A stretch of 64,000 bases of DNA from Eledone cirrhosa (taxonomy: Eukaryota), in assembly GCA_964016885.1 (NCBI GenBank), contig OZ024741.1, positions 167,276,001 through 167,340,000 on the forward strand, read 5' to 3'. Position 1 is the first letter of the stretch; each line of letters begins with the position of its first letter. Below are positions 1-12,697 of the stretch, one piece after another. The notes under the pieces are model-generated. The model was given only the letters and a program-made list of their open reading frames with translations. It searched no databases and was not told the DNA's origin. A program made the translations under genes and the position numbers.

Positions 1-529
1 ACGGGAGCCACGGAGTAGGCAGACCCAGAAAAACCTGGGATGACTTGATAAATTCCGACCTCACACACACACCTCTCCAAGACAATGTCACTGGACCGAG
101 ATCTTTGGCGCTACACAGTAATACAGAAGACCTGCCTTGCCTAAGTACAAAGCAAAACCTACAGTCAGCAGGCACCTCTAACAAAAATACACCCCCGTCC
201 CACTACCCCACACCATCCACACCACCCCTTTCAATGTAAAGTTATGTTGGTATCACAACATCCAGTCCGAAATAAATGAGGTCGTGTAGGTGTCACGACA
301 AAAAAACACACAGTCCACGCTGTAATGTGGCCGTGTAGGCAACACGGTAAAAACCTCCCAGTTCCACACTGTAAATGTGGTTGGTGTTAGGAAGGGCATC
401 CAGCCGTAGAAAACCCACCAGACAGTCTTATACGAGCAAGACAACCAATCTTGCCTCAAGTGGGAAAATTCCCGTCCAAACCCATGCAAGCGTGGAAGAT
501 GGACGTTAAACGATGATGATGATGATGAT
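1..529 (+). mobile_element. 3' end of RTE-clade LINE (subfamily A): end of ORF, 3' UTR and (GAT)n tail; cut by window start
   Basis: Near-identical to 24501-25150 (ccacggagtaggcagacccagaaaaacctggga = HGVGRPRKTW); ends ggacgttaaacgatgatgat. Confidence 0.9.
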
Positions 530-1074
530 ATATATATATAAAACACAGGATTTATATTAACTTATAGATAGATGTGTTTGTGTGTTGAACCTGCTGGTAA
601 TCTAGAAATAAGTCAAACTTAATATATATAATCTCAACACCCACATGTTCTATCCTATGTTTCTGTCAACACCTGTATATATATATATATAAACATTTCT
701 TCCGATTTGAACTCAGACTGTAAAGGGACGTAACTATGCTAGAAAGCATGGTGTCTGACGCTCTACCGATTCTGCCAATCTACCAACCTATATATATATA
801 TATATATATATTAATAATATGGACAAGGTATTAAATTTTCCTTATATCAATAAATGTAATGAAAATTTAACACCTCATCCATATCATTATTATTTCCATG
901 GTCTGAGTTCAAATCCCGCCGAGGTTAACTGTGCCTTTTATCCTTACGGGGTCGATAAAATAAAGCACCAGTAATACACTGGGATAATTGCTGGCCTTGT
1001 GCCAAATGTAGAAATTACGCATTGTGTGCTCACTTGGGTGAACCTACAGTAACCTGGCATTACAATCCCTAAAC

Positions 1075-1343
1075 TATAAAGCTGCTACATCTCCAAATTG
1101 CGAGATCACAGCCCCAATATTCTGGGCATGTGGTTTGAATGTCTCAGGAAAGAATCGCTGGACAAATTTTACAAGCAAAACCAACCAAACAAGATAGTTA
1201 GATAATATCCATGAGCTTGGCTGGTCAAACTTGGGGATCCAGCCGGAGCAGTTGAAGACGGTTGCTTCTGAAAGGTCCTGCTGGGGGGAGTGTTTGAGGA
1301 CTCTGCCCACATGACCCTGTCAGGAAAAAGTAGGAGAAGAAGA
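1075..1343 (+). mobile_element. 3' fragment of an Expander/Rex3-like RTE LINE
   Basis: Homologous to the reverse complement of 42240-42450 and to 47870-47965 (atccatgagcttggctgg, ggttgcttctga); ends in a gaagaaga tail. Confidence 0.65.
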
Positions 1344-1353
1344 TTATATTATA

Positions 1354-1455
1354 CTAGCTGAGGTACCCGGCTTCGAACGGGAGAAGAGTTAAGAGAAAAC
1401 AACTGTATTGGATGTGTTGTCTGGTTTACTTACAGTATGAGGTGAGACCATAATG

Positions 1456-1490
<35 letters not shown>

Positions 1491-2578
1491 AATCATAAAA
1501 CTTCCTTACTAGGCTGGGGGAGTAAACTACCGATTAAATGGTAGCATTCGTTTTGGATTTTAAATGTGAAATAACCATAGTCAGTATGATCTTTGTTAAG
1601 CTCCAAAGGACGCCATCTGAAATGCAGCAATATACTGCATAACATCGCTTCTGAAATGTTTAGCTTCATTAGTATGATCTGTAAGTAGTACCTGGATAAA
1701 AGCTGGAGGGTCCTCTATCAGTGGAAGTCTGACATTTCCTCCTAAGCAACAGATGCCAAGTGTAATATTCATGCTACCAATTGTGACTTTAGGATCATTT
1801 CTATAACTCTTTTGATGGATCATATGAAAACGCAGCCCTTAGCTAGTTTATTCTGCCTTGAATAGTCATTTGTGATTGTATCTCTCTCTGTATAACAGCC
1901 TATCTCACTCTCTCTCTGCCTCTCCCCCAGTATGTGTGTGTGTGTTCGTTATGTCAGTCATCACAGAAATGTATGTATACTCACACACACAAACACTCAT
2001 ACATATACTTGTCAGTCAGCACATATGTATATGTGTGTGTGTGTGTGTGTGTGTATTTAATTCTCTGTGCAACTTACTTAGGCCTAATGTACCTAACGAA
2101 TGCGCAAACACACAAGCACTCACAGGCACATACACACTTATATACAAAATGCACAACACACACACACTCAGAGACACACACTCACTCATATACAAAATGC
2201 ATCTAACTCTCACATACACATTCTCGTCAATCAACACATATGTATGTGTAGATGTGTGTGTTTGTGTGTTTAATTCTCTGAGGCCTAATGTACATAACAA
2301 GCGCACAAACAAACACACACACACTCACTCACAGACACAGACACTCATATACAAAATGTGACGTGGTGGTGGTATAAAATGTTCTTTAGTTGACTATAGA
2401 AAGATTATTTTAGATAAAATGTTATATTGTTTTAATTGAAATGAGAATAAAAATTCCATGTTGACACTCCCGGGGTCTAATACCTTGTAAAATTTGATTT
2501 GATTTGTTGGAGCCGTTTGAGAATGCATAGGAGACAGACAGACAGACAGACAGAGACAAAGAATTTTATATTGAGAGA
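1354..2578 (-). mobile_element. Non-autonomous Helitron with RepHel remnant
   Basis: Minus strand starts TCTCTCAATATAAAA..(GTCT)n and ends CCCGTTCGAAGCCGGG hairpin + TACCTCAGCTAG; flanked by A (1353) and T (2579) with no TSD. Confidence 0.85.
1596..1823 (-). pseudogene. Fragment of the Helitron RepHel N-terminal region
   Basis: GICCLGGNVRLPLIEDPP..LLT....KHF....Y..AFQMASFGA matches the CCxxGKVxLP..PP..KHF..IRxYN..FQMTSFGA motif of Helitron proteins. Confidence 0.85.
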
Positions 2579-3306
2579 TATTAACCAAAGGCATAATCAT
2601 ATTACAACCGTTTTGTGATAAGTATATTTGAAAAGTGGTAATTTGAACATGTATGTTCATTGATATCTTCCTTCCTACTTCTCTCACATACAGTGTTGAT
2701 TAGAAGCAATTAGCTTCTGATTGGTTAATAGTTTAAAACTAGTTATCTATAGTTATCTACCTATATATCTATCTTTCGACAACAAAAACAACACCTATCT
2801 ATCTACATACCTACCTATCTGTCTGTATAATCTATATCTATCTACCCATTAATCTATCTGTTTATATAGCTGTCAGTCAGTCACTTTTTCTGTTTGTCTG
2901 CCTGTCTATATCTATCGGTCAATCAACCTATCTTTCTATCTATCTATCTACCTTCATAGATATATGTATATTTACTGATGTATCCATGCCACCAATAATG
3001 TCCAAGGGAAAGGCTATGGCCGATACAGCTTGGCACCAGTGACATCGCAACTCATTTCTACAGCTGAGTAAACTGGAGCAACATGAAATAAAGTGTTTTG
3101 TTGAAGGACACAACGCAACACCCCGTCCAATGCTTTAACCACTAAGGCATGCGCTTGCACTTATACCATATATATATATATACATATAAATATATATATA
3201 TACCATATATATGTATATATATTTGTGTGTGTGTCAATTTCAATTGACATGAATCAAACAGTTCTAGTCCTGTAGAAGCCATTTTTATATTAAACATTAT
3301 AAATAT

Positions 3307-3643
3307 CATCATTCATCATCATTTCATTTTACGTCTGCTTTTCCCTGCTTGCAAGGGTGGGACGGCTACTGATTCTGGCTTGATTTCTACAGCTGGATGC
3401 CCTTCCTAACACCAACCTTATTTACAGTGAGTGCTGGGTGCTTTTTTGCCGTGGCACCTACACGTCCACTTTGCAGTGGAATGATATGGACTCCAGTCAA
3501 TATCATCTCATTTCTACAGCTGAGTAAACTGGAGCAATGTGAAAGTGTCTTGCTCAAGGAAACAACACATCACCCGGTCTGAGAATTGAACTCACAACCT
3601 TTCAATTGCAAGCCCAATGCTTTAACCACTAAGCCATGTGCCT

Positions 3644-3645
<2 letters not shown>
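3307..3645 (-). mobile_element. tRNA-derived CORE-type SINE with RTE-derived tail (SINE family A)
   Basis: Head with A/B-box-like motifs, CORE-like ttgagcaagacact..ctccagtttactcagctgtagaaatgag, (ATG)n tail; other copies at 46074, 47001 and 54537. Confidence 0.85.
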
Positions 3646-3708
<63 letters not shown>

Positions 3709-3848
3709 TTGAAATAAAATGAAAACGAAATTTCATTTCTCACTCTTAGTACGGCACTTACTTAAATGTAAGTATGTGTGTATACGTACATACATATATG
3801 TATACAGACGTACAGTAGCATGCATATATATATATATATATATATATA

Positions 3849-4325
3849 TCTAGAAGTTGATGGAAACCGCGGAGTGGGGAGACCCAAGATGACTTGGGAT
3901 GAGGTGATAAAAGCCGACCTTACCCAACTACACCTCTCAAAGACAATGACACACGACCATGACTTCTGGCGTCACGCAGTAATACAGGGTACCCGACCTC
4001 CCATGGGTACATGCTGAAGCATATAAACAATATGCCCCCACTCCCCCCACCGCAAGGTGGTCATGGAGGTGCCACGGCAAAAAAGCACCCAGCCCACACT
4101 GAAAAGTGGACGTGTAGGCGCCACGAAAAAGCACCCAGCACTCACTGTAAATGAGGTTGGTGTTAGGAAGGGCATCCAGCTGTAGAAATCAAGCCAGATC
4201 AGTTCCTGTATGAGCAAGGCATGGTCAGCCGACCAGACACTGCCCACAACAGGACAACCCGTCTAACCCATGCTAGCGTGGAAGAACGGACGTAAAACGG
4301 TGATGATGATGATGATGATGATGAT
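3849..4325 (+). mobile_element. 5'-truncated RTE LINE (subfamily B)
   Basis: LEVDGNRGVGRPKMTWDEVIKADLTQLHL..; matches the reverse complement of 56498-56965; (GAT)n tail. Confidence 0.9.
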
Positions 4326-4488
4326 ATATATACATACAGGTACACATACATATATGCACGTATCAGTTTAGCGGACGCTTATTATAACGCCGCTTTGTTC
4401 GTTTGTAAACAAACTGAACAGCCTGAATTTTTATGCCGTACGGTGTTAAGGCAACCACGTCACCTTTTTGTTCAACACTGACACAGGA

Positions 4489-4531
4489 ACGATGTACTAG
4501 TTTCAAGCTTGTTAGCTATCATCAGCACCGT
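4489..4531 (-). ncRNA. Minimal type I hammerhead ribozyme
   Basis: ACGGUG-CUGAUGA-U-AGCU-AACA-AGCU-U-GAAA-CUAG-UA/CAUCGU: intact core, 6-bp stem I, 4-bp stem II, palindromic stem III. Confidence 0.85.
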
Positions 4532-4772
4532 ATACCCATCTGCCAGATAGTTGAACGTTCGAAAGTATATACTTTCCTTATGAAAATTAACGGCTGAGCA
4601 GCCTAATTTGCATATCGAGTGAGCTAAGTCGGTCAGGCATACCGAAAACGATGAGTTGAAATAAAATGAAAACGAAATTTCATTTCTCACTCTTAGTACG
4701 GCACTTACTTAAATGTATGTATGTGTGTATACGTACATACATATATGTATACAGACGTACAGTAGCATGCAT

Positions 4773-5253
4773 ACACTTACACCTCTCCAAGACAATGTCA
4801 CTGGACCGAGACCTTTGGCGGTACTCAGTAACAGAGAAGACCCGCCTTACCTAAATATATAGTAAAACCTACTCCAGCCAGTAGGCATCTCTAACAAAAT
4901 ACACCCCGTCCCACCACCACCACCACCACCCCATCCACACCACCCCGTTCTATGTAAAGTTATGTTGGTGCCGTGCCATCCAGGCCGAAACAAATGAGAT
5001 CGTGTAGGTGTCACGACAAAAAAAAAACACACAGTCCACGCTGTAATGTGGCCGTGTAGGCAACACGGTAAAAACCTCCCAGACCCACACTGTAAATGTG
5101 GTTGGTGTTAGGAAGGGCATCCAACTGTAGAAAACCTGCCAGACAGTCCTATGCGAGCAAGACAATCACTCTTGCCTCAAGTGGGACTACCCCCGTCCAA
5201 ACCCATGCAAGCGTGGAACACGGACGTTAAACGTTGATGATGATGATGATGAT
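4773..5253 (+). mobile_element. 5'-truncated RTE LINE (subfamily A)
   Basis: HLHLSKTMSLDRDLWRYSVTEKTRLT* plus a UTR matching 24565-25150. Confidence 0.9.
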
Positions 5254-5424
5254 ATACATACAGGTACACATACATATATGCACTGATACGTGCATATATG
5301 TATGTGTACCTGTATGTATATATATATATATATATATATGCATGCTACTGTACATCTGTATACATATATGTACGTATACACACATACTTATATATATATA
5401 GATATACATATATACATATACACA

Positions 5425-5468
<44 letters not shown>

Positions 5469-5504
5469 TTAAATAAATGGAAACTATATTTATAAAACCA
5501 TATT

Positions 5505-5570
5505 TATTTCATTATATATATTTCGGGGATATCATATTAACAATATGCTATGCCTTCCTCAGACAAAATA
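5505..5570 (-). ncRNA. Type I hammerhead ribozyme candidate
   Basis: UAUUUUGU-CUGAGGA-AGGCAUAGCAUAUUGUUAAUAUGAUAUCCCC-GAAA-UAUAUA-UA/AUGAAAUA; stem I 8 bp with two GU pairs. Confidence 0.6.
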
Positions 5571-6543
5571 CAATATAAACAGTTTTATAGATAAATAGAT
5601 TCGACATACCGTTATAACACCGACTTCATTTGAAGAGGTTAAGCTGGCAGTGAAAAAATTTTACACAGAGAGAAAGAAAAAGAGAAAAAAAAAAAGAGAG
5701 AAAAAAGAAAGAAAGACAGAAAACGAAGAAAAGGAAGAAAAAGAAGAAATGCATGGAACAAAATATAGAGATGGAAAGATAGATAAAGAGAAGAACTTCA
5801 TGTAAAGAAACAGAAAGAGATATATATATATAGAGAGATAGATACATATATATATAGAAAATTAGGTAGTGGGAGGTCATTTTGAGTAAATGTATCAATG
5901 ATACATTTATTTATTTATTTATTTATTTAGCTCTAGTATTAATCTAAGGGAGATATATATATAGAGAGAGAAAAAAAATATAGAGAGAGAAAAAATAGCG
6001 AGAGAAAAAATTTTAAAATAGCCAGATATATTCGAGGCGAAAAAACCCCATGTCTTAATGTATTAGAATTCATAAAACTTCCATTACATTGTAAATATCG
6101 GTATTCCTGAATGAGACAAGTATCCATAGTGTGTGAAAATTAATTATCTTATGTTTAGTTTTTTAAAAAATTCATATGTTTATGTTATAGCTACAAACAT
6201 CCATGTGAATCCACAATATCAACTCTGCAAACTCTAAGTTCACGGAAAACATTGTCAATGTGGTATAAAAATTTGAGTATACATATATGTGTATTATTAT
6301 TCTTGTCTTTACTCTACAAGATTATCTATCAAGCAGAAATAGAGAGCAGATTTCAATATACTAATAAAAATATATATCAGAAACAAAACTAAAGATAAAA
6401 AGATAACAATAATAATAATAAGTAATAATAAAATAGAAAACTAAAAAAAATATTACGAAAGAATATTACATATTAAAAATATTACATACTAAAAAATATT
6501 ACGTATTAAAGAATACTACGTATTAAAAAATTTACATATTAAT

Positions 6544-6715
6544 GATATTAAAAATAAAAATAAAAATATTATAAAATACTACAATAATAAAAAAATAATA
6601 AAAATAAACCACAAAGATCAACCCTTCAAAATTTTTGAAGGGTTGATCTTTGTGGTTTATTTTTATTATTTTTTTTATTATTGTAGTATTTTATAATATT
6701 TTTATTTTTAATATC
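6544..6715. repeat. Near-perfect palindrome, ~85-bp arms, centred at 6632
   Basis: ..ccacaaagatcaacccttcaaaa-t-ttttgaagggttgatctttgtgg..; arms differ only by small indels in A/T runs. Confidence 0.9.
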
Positions 6716-6744
6716 TTTAATATGTAAATTTAGCAAAATAATAT

Positions 6745-7156
6745 TGGTTTCAGAATTAGGCACAACGCCAACAATTTGGGGGGAAAGGGAAAGTCCATTA
6801 AATCGACTCCTGCGCATTACTGGTACTTTATTTTATTGATCCTGGTAAGGATGAAAGGCAAAGTTAACCTTGGCAGGATTTGAGCTCAGAACCAAAAGGG
6901 CCATAACTCTATGCTGTTAGCATGTTGACCGACACTCTACTGATTCTGCCAATCCACCACCCCATTAAGCAAAATAATTGCTTCTAGTTTTGGCACAAAG
7001 CCAGCAATTATCCCAGTGCATTACTGGTACTTTATTTTATCGACTCCCGTAAGGATGAAAGGCAAAGTTAACCTCGGCAGGATTTGAACTCAGACCGTAA
7101 AGAGGCTTAACTATGCATAACGTCTGACCTTCTACTGATACTGCCAATCCACTGTC
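6745..7156 (-). mobile_element. Two head-to-tail tRNA-derived Meta-type SINEs (SINE family B)
   Basis: Minus strand has a gagttcaaatcc B box and gcctttcatcct..gtcgataaaataaagtacca (Meta-domain-like), with an (ATT)n tail. Confidence 0.8.
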
Positions 7157-7419
7157 TTTAAGCAAAATAATAATGATAAAAACACAATTCAGATTCTACA
7201 GAATCAGTGTAGTAAATTAATTATTTTGATATCAAACTATCTGAAACTGTCTCTGGGTCTACGATATGAGTGATTGTTTTAAAATGTTTATAATTCTCTA
7301 AAAATTTTGCATCATAATATTAAGGAAGAACCTTCATTATGTTGTTTCAAACACCAACTTAATAATGAAGAAGTTAGATACTAAGCTCTACACAATCACT
7401 GGTGATGGTGATGTGTATG

Positions 7420-7478
<59 letters not shown>

Positions 7479-7624
7479 GCACGTCCATGCCTACACACAC
7501 ACATATATATATATATATATTTAGAAAGCATATGTGTTTAGAAAATGGTTAGTGGAATTTGAGAATTTAATTAGAAGATTTCGCCTTAACTTTTCAATTC
7601 TTACACACACACACACACAAACAC

Positions 7625-8130
7625 ATCATCATCATCATCATTTAACGTCCATTTTTCCATGCTAGCATAGGTTAAACCAGTTGTCCTGTTGTGAGACAAG
7701 TCAGATCAGATGACTATGTTTTGCTCATTCAGAACTGCTTCTGGCTTGGTTTCTATGGCTGAATGACCTCCCTAATGCCAACCATATTTACAGTGTGGGC
7801 TGGGTGCTTTTTATCATGGCACGAAAATGACCTCTTTGTAGTGTTGACTAGGCACTTTTTATCATGACACCAACCAAACCACTTTACGGGGTGCACTGTG
7901 TGCCTACTGTTGTGTCACAAGCATGACCACCTTACAATGTGAACTGTGTACTTATTTGTCATGTTACCTGCACAACCTTCCTTCAGAGAGATCTAGGAGC
8001 TCTTTTGTCATGTTATCTTACAGGGATGGGGGCTAGATGCTCTTTTGTCATGAAACCAACATGAGCACCTTACATGATGGACTAGCAGCTTTTGTTGCAT
8101 CACCAGCATGACCACCTTACAGGGTGGGCT
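7625..8130 (-). mobile_element. Old RTE 3'-UTR or SINE-tail fragment with an internal degenerate tandem repeat
   Basis: (CAT)n + ttaacgtccatttttccatgctagc; related copies at 11990-12280, 14495-14865, 31510-31797, 34685-34983 and 54905-55250. Confidence 0.65.
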
Positions 8131-8537
8131 GAAAGTTTTTAGCCATTTCAGCAGCATTGTAGGAGAGCAAGTTTATCTTTCTAAGAGTCTTGCATTCCAG
8201 CCTGTTGTTTTAGGCTCCATATGCCTTTGCAACATCATAGACCATGGCTTTAGGGTATTTAACGATTTCCTTGGCTTTGTGGCTGGCACAAAAGCTCTCC
8301 CCAACAGCAGCTTAATCATCATATTCTGAAGACTTGTCGATTACTAAGCACCTCGTGCATCAATGGCCATACTGCTACTGAGGTGTAGGACTTTCTAATA
8401 AGGCTCTCGAAACCTTGCTACACTGTGATGTCACTGTGCTGTTGTCACATAAAAATTAAGGATTTATCAGTGCCACACTGTATATATTACAAAATTGAAA
8501 CAAGTGTTCGCTGTAACTATTTGACGAAATAGTCTAA

Positions 8538-8845
8538 TAATTGTTTCTACGTTTGGCACAAGGCCAGCAATTACCCAGTGCATTACTGGTACTTTATTTT
8601 ATCGACCCCGTAAGGATGAAAGGCAAAGTTAACCTCGGCGGGATTTGAACTCAGAATGGCAAAGGCCATAACTCTATGCGTCAAAGCATGGCGTCCGACC
8701 CTCTACCGATATAGTCTAATAATTGTTTCTACTTTAGGCACAAGGCCAGCAATTACCGAGTACATTACTAGTACTTTATTTTATCGACCCCGTAAGGATG
8801 AAAGGCAAAGTTAACCTCGGCGGAATTTGAACTCAGAATGTAAAG
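8538..8845 (-). mobile_element. Two head-to-tail family B SINEs
   Basis: Consensus-like copies; atagtctaataat is duplicated at both ends of the first copy (TSD-like). Confidence 0.85.
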
Positions 8846-10514
8846 GGTAATGAGCTGTATAAATGGTCACTGCTTTCTAAATATACTTCCTTTGTTTATA
8901 TATATATATATTACAATTATAATTACAATTGTATGTGTGTGTGTGAGTGAGTGTGTATGTACGCATGCATATATATATGTATAACTAGCAGACATAAAAT
9001 GTCTATGTCCTATGTTAGTTGAAATTTGAAACCTTACGTAGCATGCATTTTGTGTTGAGATGTTATTCATATATTATATTTTAGCTTTGTATATTACATA
9101 GAGTGCTTTTTCCTTGATCTATTCTTTGGAAACTCTTTGCACTATACATATATCATCAGGGTAAAATTTCCAAGATCCATAGACGAGTTCTCTCCAGCAT
9201 TCTCTGTCCATCATTGCTGCTATGTCCCACGTCTCCTAGAGACCAGTGTCTGTTCTTAGGGTATCAACATGTCATCCTCAGTCTCCTTCTTCCAGTGTGT
9301 CCATGTAGGGGCTCCCACTGGATCATTGAGTGCAGTGTCAACTCTGAATGTCGGTGAGCATGTCCAGTTGACCTAAGTTTCCTCTGTGTCACTTTCAAGC
9401 TGACTTTGTATATATTTTCTGTTGCACGGCATCACATCATCTTGGTGTATAGTTTTGGGGTTTAAAGTTGAGAGATGATGGGAGAAGGTGAAGCATGGCC
9501 TATTACTTAATGAGGTTGTAGTCACTGCAGATAATAATAGCTTTATTATATAGAAACTACATATTATAGCAGCTATAGCTTGATAATGCCCGACTTCCTC
9601 CTTTGGTGGCAGTTGTGGTCCATATTCAGTTTGACAAGTTTGGGAATGACTACATCAAGGATCCCATATTGGCTTGTCGTTGCTTACTGTAGCTTTAACC
9701 CTTTTGATAACAAACTACCTCAAACTGCCCCTCCTTTTAAGACATAACACTGTTTTAATGTGTTTATGTTTAATAAAATCCCTCCGTCATAATTGTATGT
9801 AAGAACCTTTATTCCAAAGACCAACTTAATAATGAGCAAGTTAGTTATATTACTAAATCCCTCCAAATTCTTGATTATTTTCAAAATGATTTGGCAGCAC
9901 TATTTATTAAGAGATTGGGAGGAGAGAGACAAAAAATGATTGATAGCTATAGCAATTAGAATTAGTTTCTAACTAAGTTCATTGGGTCAAATACAACTGA
10001 GTTCAAATATGGATTTCATAAATAAATACTGGAAAAAAATCTCCAATAAATTCGACATGCCAACTTAACATTTGGAGTGTCACAGCTGGCTAAAGGGTCA
10101 GATTGATAGATTACTGGACACATATGTTGGAATGTCAAAGTAATTGATCTCCTAACATTCTATAATGATTTAGCAGTCAATATCTAATAAGTTTGTTAAT
10201 TCATATATTTGTTAAATACAGGTTTGTTAATTCATGTTAACAGTATCTTTACCTCTGGACAGATTGTTGTGAAAATTTGTAGTAAATTAAAGGCTTTAAT
10301 TTTTATATGAAGCTGTCACAGTGCTGTTTTATATTTTTCAAAAAATGTCTTGCTAATAAGGTTTCATACAGATTGTTAATTTAAATGTTTATGGTATCTT
10401 TACTAGTGGACAGATCATTGTGAAAATTTGCAGTTAACTAAAGACTTTAATGGGGAGCAAAACTGGGAGAAGAACGCATGTTGTAAGGGTAACCTAGTGT
10501 GCTAAATACCTCGG

Positions 10515-10815
10515 TGATGGCTCTAGGTGGTTCAGGTGTTTGGCTCACAATTGTAAGGTCGTGTGTTTGATTTCTGGCAATATATTATGTCCTTGAACAA
10601 GGCAATACATTTTACATTGCTTCTGCCCTCTTGACTGGCAAAAAATAGTTGTACCTGTAATTCAAAGGGCCAGCCTTGTCACACACTGTGTCACGCTGAA
10701 TCTTGCTGAGAACTATGTTAAGGGTACGTATGTCTGTGGAATGCTCAGCCACTGGCACATTAATTTCATGACCAAACAACTGGAACATTTGTCATCGGAA
10801 CTAACAGAGGTCCAA
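10515..10815 (+). mobile_element. Older tRNA/CORE SINE (family F)
   Basis: tRNA-like head, CORE-like middle, tail gttaagggtac..tgtggaatgctcagccact; relatives at 12595-13100, 27830-29190, 29790-30365, 38770-38965 and 58840-59000. Confidence 0.65.
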
Positions 10816-11069
10816 CACACACATATAACTGACATTGTGAGACAGGTAGTTGTTTGAAGATTAAACCACTATGATGTAATGCTATTAATACTTGCTGTTG
10901 TTGTTGTTGTTGCTGCTGCTGCTGCTGCTGCAGTGGTGGTTTAATTATAGTTGCAGCTGCATAAATCGTTGTATAAGCTTTTCTCAAGCTAGTTGCTATA
11001 CAGCAACCACTGTCTACTTCGAAATATACACATACACATGGGATTAAACATGTATGTGTGTATGTGTAC

Positions 11070-11530
11070 ATGACCTAATCAACAATGGGCATTATGCTCT
11101 GAAAGTTTGATAGCCAGGGTAAGAACAGTCTGAAAGAAGCTTAAGGAGTTGGTACCTCTGTTAATAACAAAGGGCTACTTTCTCAGAATGAAGGTTAGAC
11201 GGAATGATGCTTACATGCAAACTGCAATGCGACATGGCCTAAACAGCAGAAGACCTGCGAAGTTTAGAAAGAAATGAAGTGAGTATGATCTGATGGATGT
11301 ATAATGTCAGTGTGTATAAATGACATAGCATAAGTGTGCTGAGAGAAAAACATGGCACAAGAGGAATTGGATGCAGCATGCAAGAGAGTAGACTGTGTTG
11401 GTACCGACATGTGATACGTATGGAAGATGACAGTTGTATAAAGGAGTGCAGATAAATCTCAGTGGATGGGATCCATAGAAGAAGCAGACTCAGGATGACT
11501 TTGGATAAGAAGACTCACCTGCCAGCATAA
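11070..11530 (+). mobile_element. Degenerate RTE LINE C-terminal fragment
   Basis: Broken translation ..LLITKGYFLRMKVR.., ..EDLRSLERNEVSMI*WMYNV.., ..QESRLCWYRHVIRMEDDSCIKEC.. Confidence 0.75.
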
Positions 11531-12277
11531 AATGTGACCTGTCCCATCCATATGCACTCCTCCACTAGCACTCCTTAGAAGCTATTCTCACCATCACTAC
11601 CACCCCTCTAAAATCTTGACACACCAGTAAGTACCACTCCGATCTAATCAAAGGTAATCCTTTCCCTCCTACTCATCACTACATCAAATCCGACTATACT
11701 GGGGTCGATTCTCCTATATCCCTTTCTCACCTCCTTTTTCTATCATTCTATGGAAGAAATCTGCTGTATTCAGGCCTGGTGAGGGATGGGCTCCACCAGG
11801 CTTAAAATACCCAAGAAACGCCATATGTCAATATGGCACCCCTACAACTCTATCAGGAGTTACGGGACCATACATACATATGTAAGGTGGTTTGCAATAA
11901 AAATTGTAGAAACCAACCCAAATAGGTTTCAGAGGGCTCTTCAATTGTGTCAACGACACAATAACCTCTTAATGTTGGTGATCTATATGATAAACACACC
12001 TAGTCCACCCTGTAAAGTAGTTGGTGATAGGAAGGGCAACAAGCCATAGAAAACCTGCCAAACAAAAGGTTGTGAGGACTCTTCTGCCATGTCAAAGACA
12101 TAACAACCTACGTAGTGTTGGTGATCTACACAATAAATGCCCCCAGTACACTCTGTAAAGTGGTTGGACATAGGTTGACCAATGCCTTGTTAGTGGAATG
12201 TAGGAGATGGAATCTACAGAAAACCTGATGTGTGTGTGTACCCATGCAAGAATGGAAAAGCGGACATAAAAACGATG

Positions 12278-12310
<33 letters not shown>

Positions 12311-12358
12311 AGGTTTCTGTAATTTCCATCTACCAAATTATGTGTGCATGTGTGTGTG

Positions 12359-12586
12359 TTAACCCTTTAGTATTTAAACTGGCTGTATCCGGCGAGAATT
12401 CTCTCACCTCCTTCTGTTCAAACTGGCTGTAACCAGTCGCTCATACTGATGTTAAGATATTGTTCACAAAATAAATAATATCAAAATCTCATAGATTCAA
12501 TATTATGTGAGATATTATGTAAGATAAAGCTTTTCCCATGAATATACAATAGTATATATAGAGTAATGTAAATGCTAAAGGGTTAA
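12359..12586. mobile_element. piggyBac-type MITE (family C, ~200-230 bp)
   Basis: TTAA-CCCTTTAG..CTAAAGGG-TTAA; other copies at 15174-15373, 15826-16053, 16195-16415, 27930-29119, 29950-30177, 34195-34362 and 63165-63382; partials near 21690-21822 and 22590-22700. Confidence 0.85.
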
Positions 12587-12697
12587 ACCTTTGTTGGTTC
12601 TGATGACAAGTGTTTCAGTTATACAACCAATCAATAGAAAAGCCTGCTCATAAAGTTAATGTTCAAGTGGCTGAGCATTCCACAAACACATGTGCCC

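Larger units (their letters stand above)
3707..5390 (-). mobile_element. Hammerhead-containing non-coding tandem element (retrozyme-like), locus 1, interrupted by two RTE fragments, with an inverted 5' end
   Basis: Segments 3707-3848, 4326-4771 and 5251-5283 are collinear with the 442-bp unit at 18841-19282; 5284-5390 is an inverted copy. Confidence 0.75.

Noticed and set aside
10766-11071. PolyQ-containing ORF
   Set aside because: It is an isolated (CAG/CAA)n microsatellite with no coding context.
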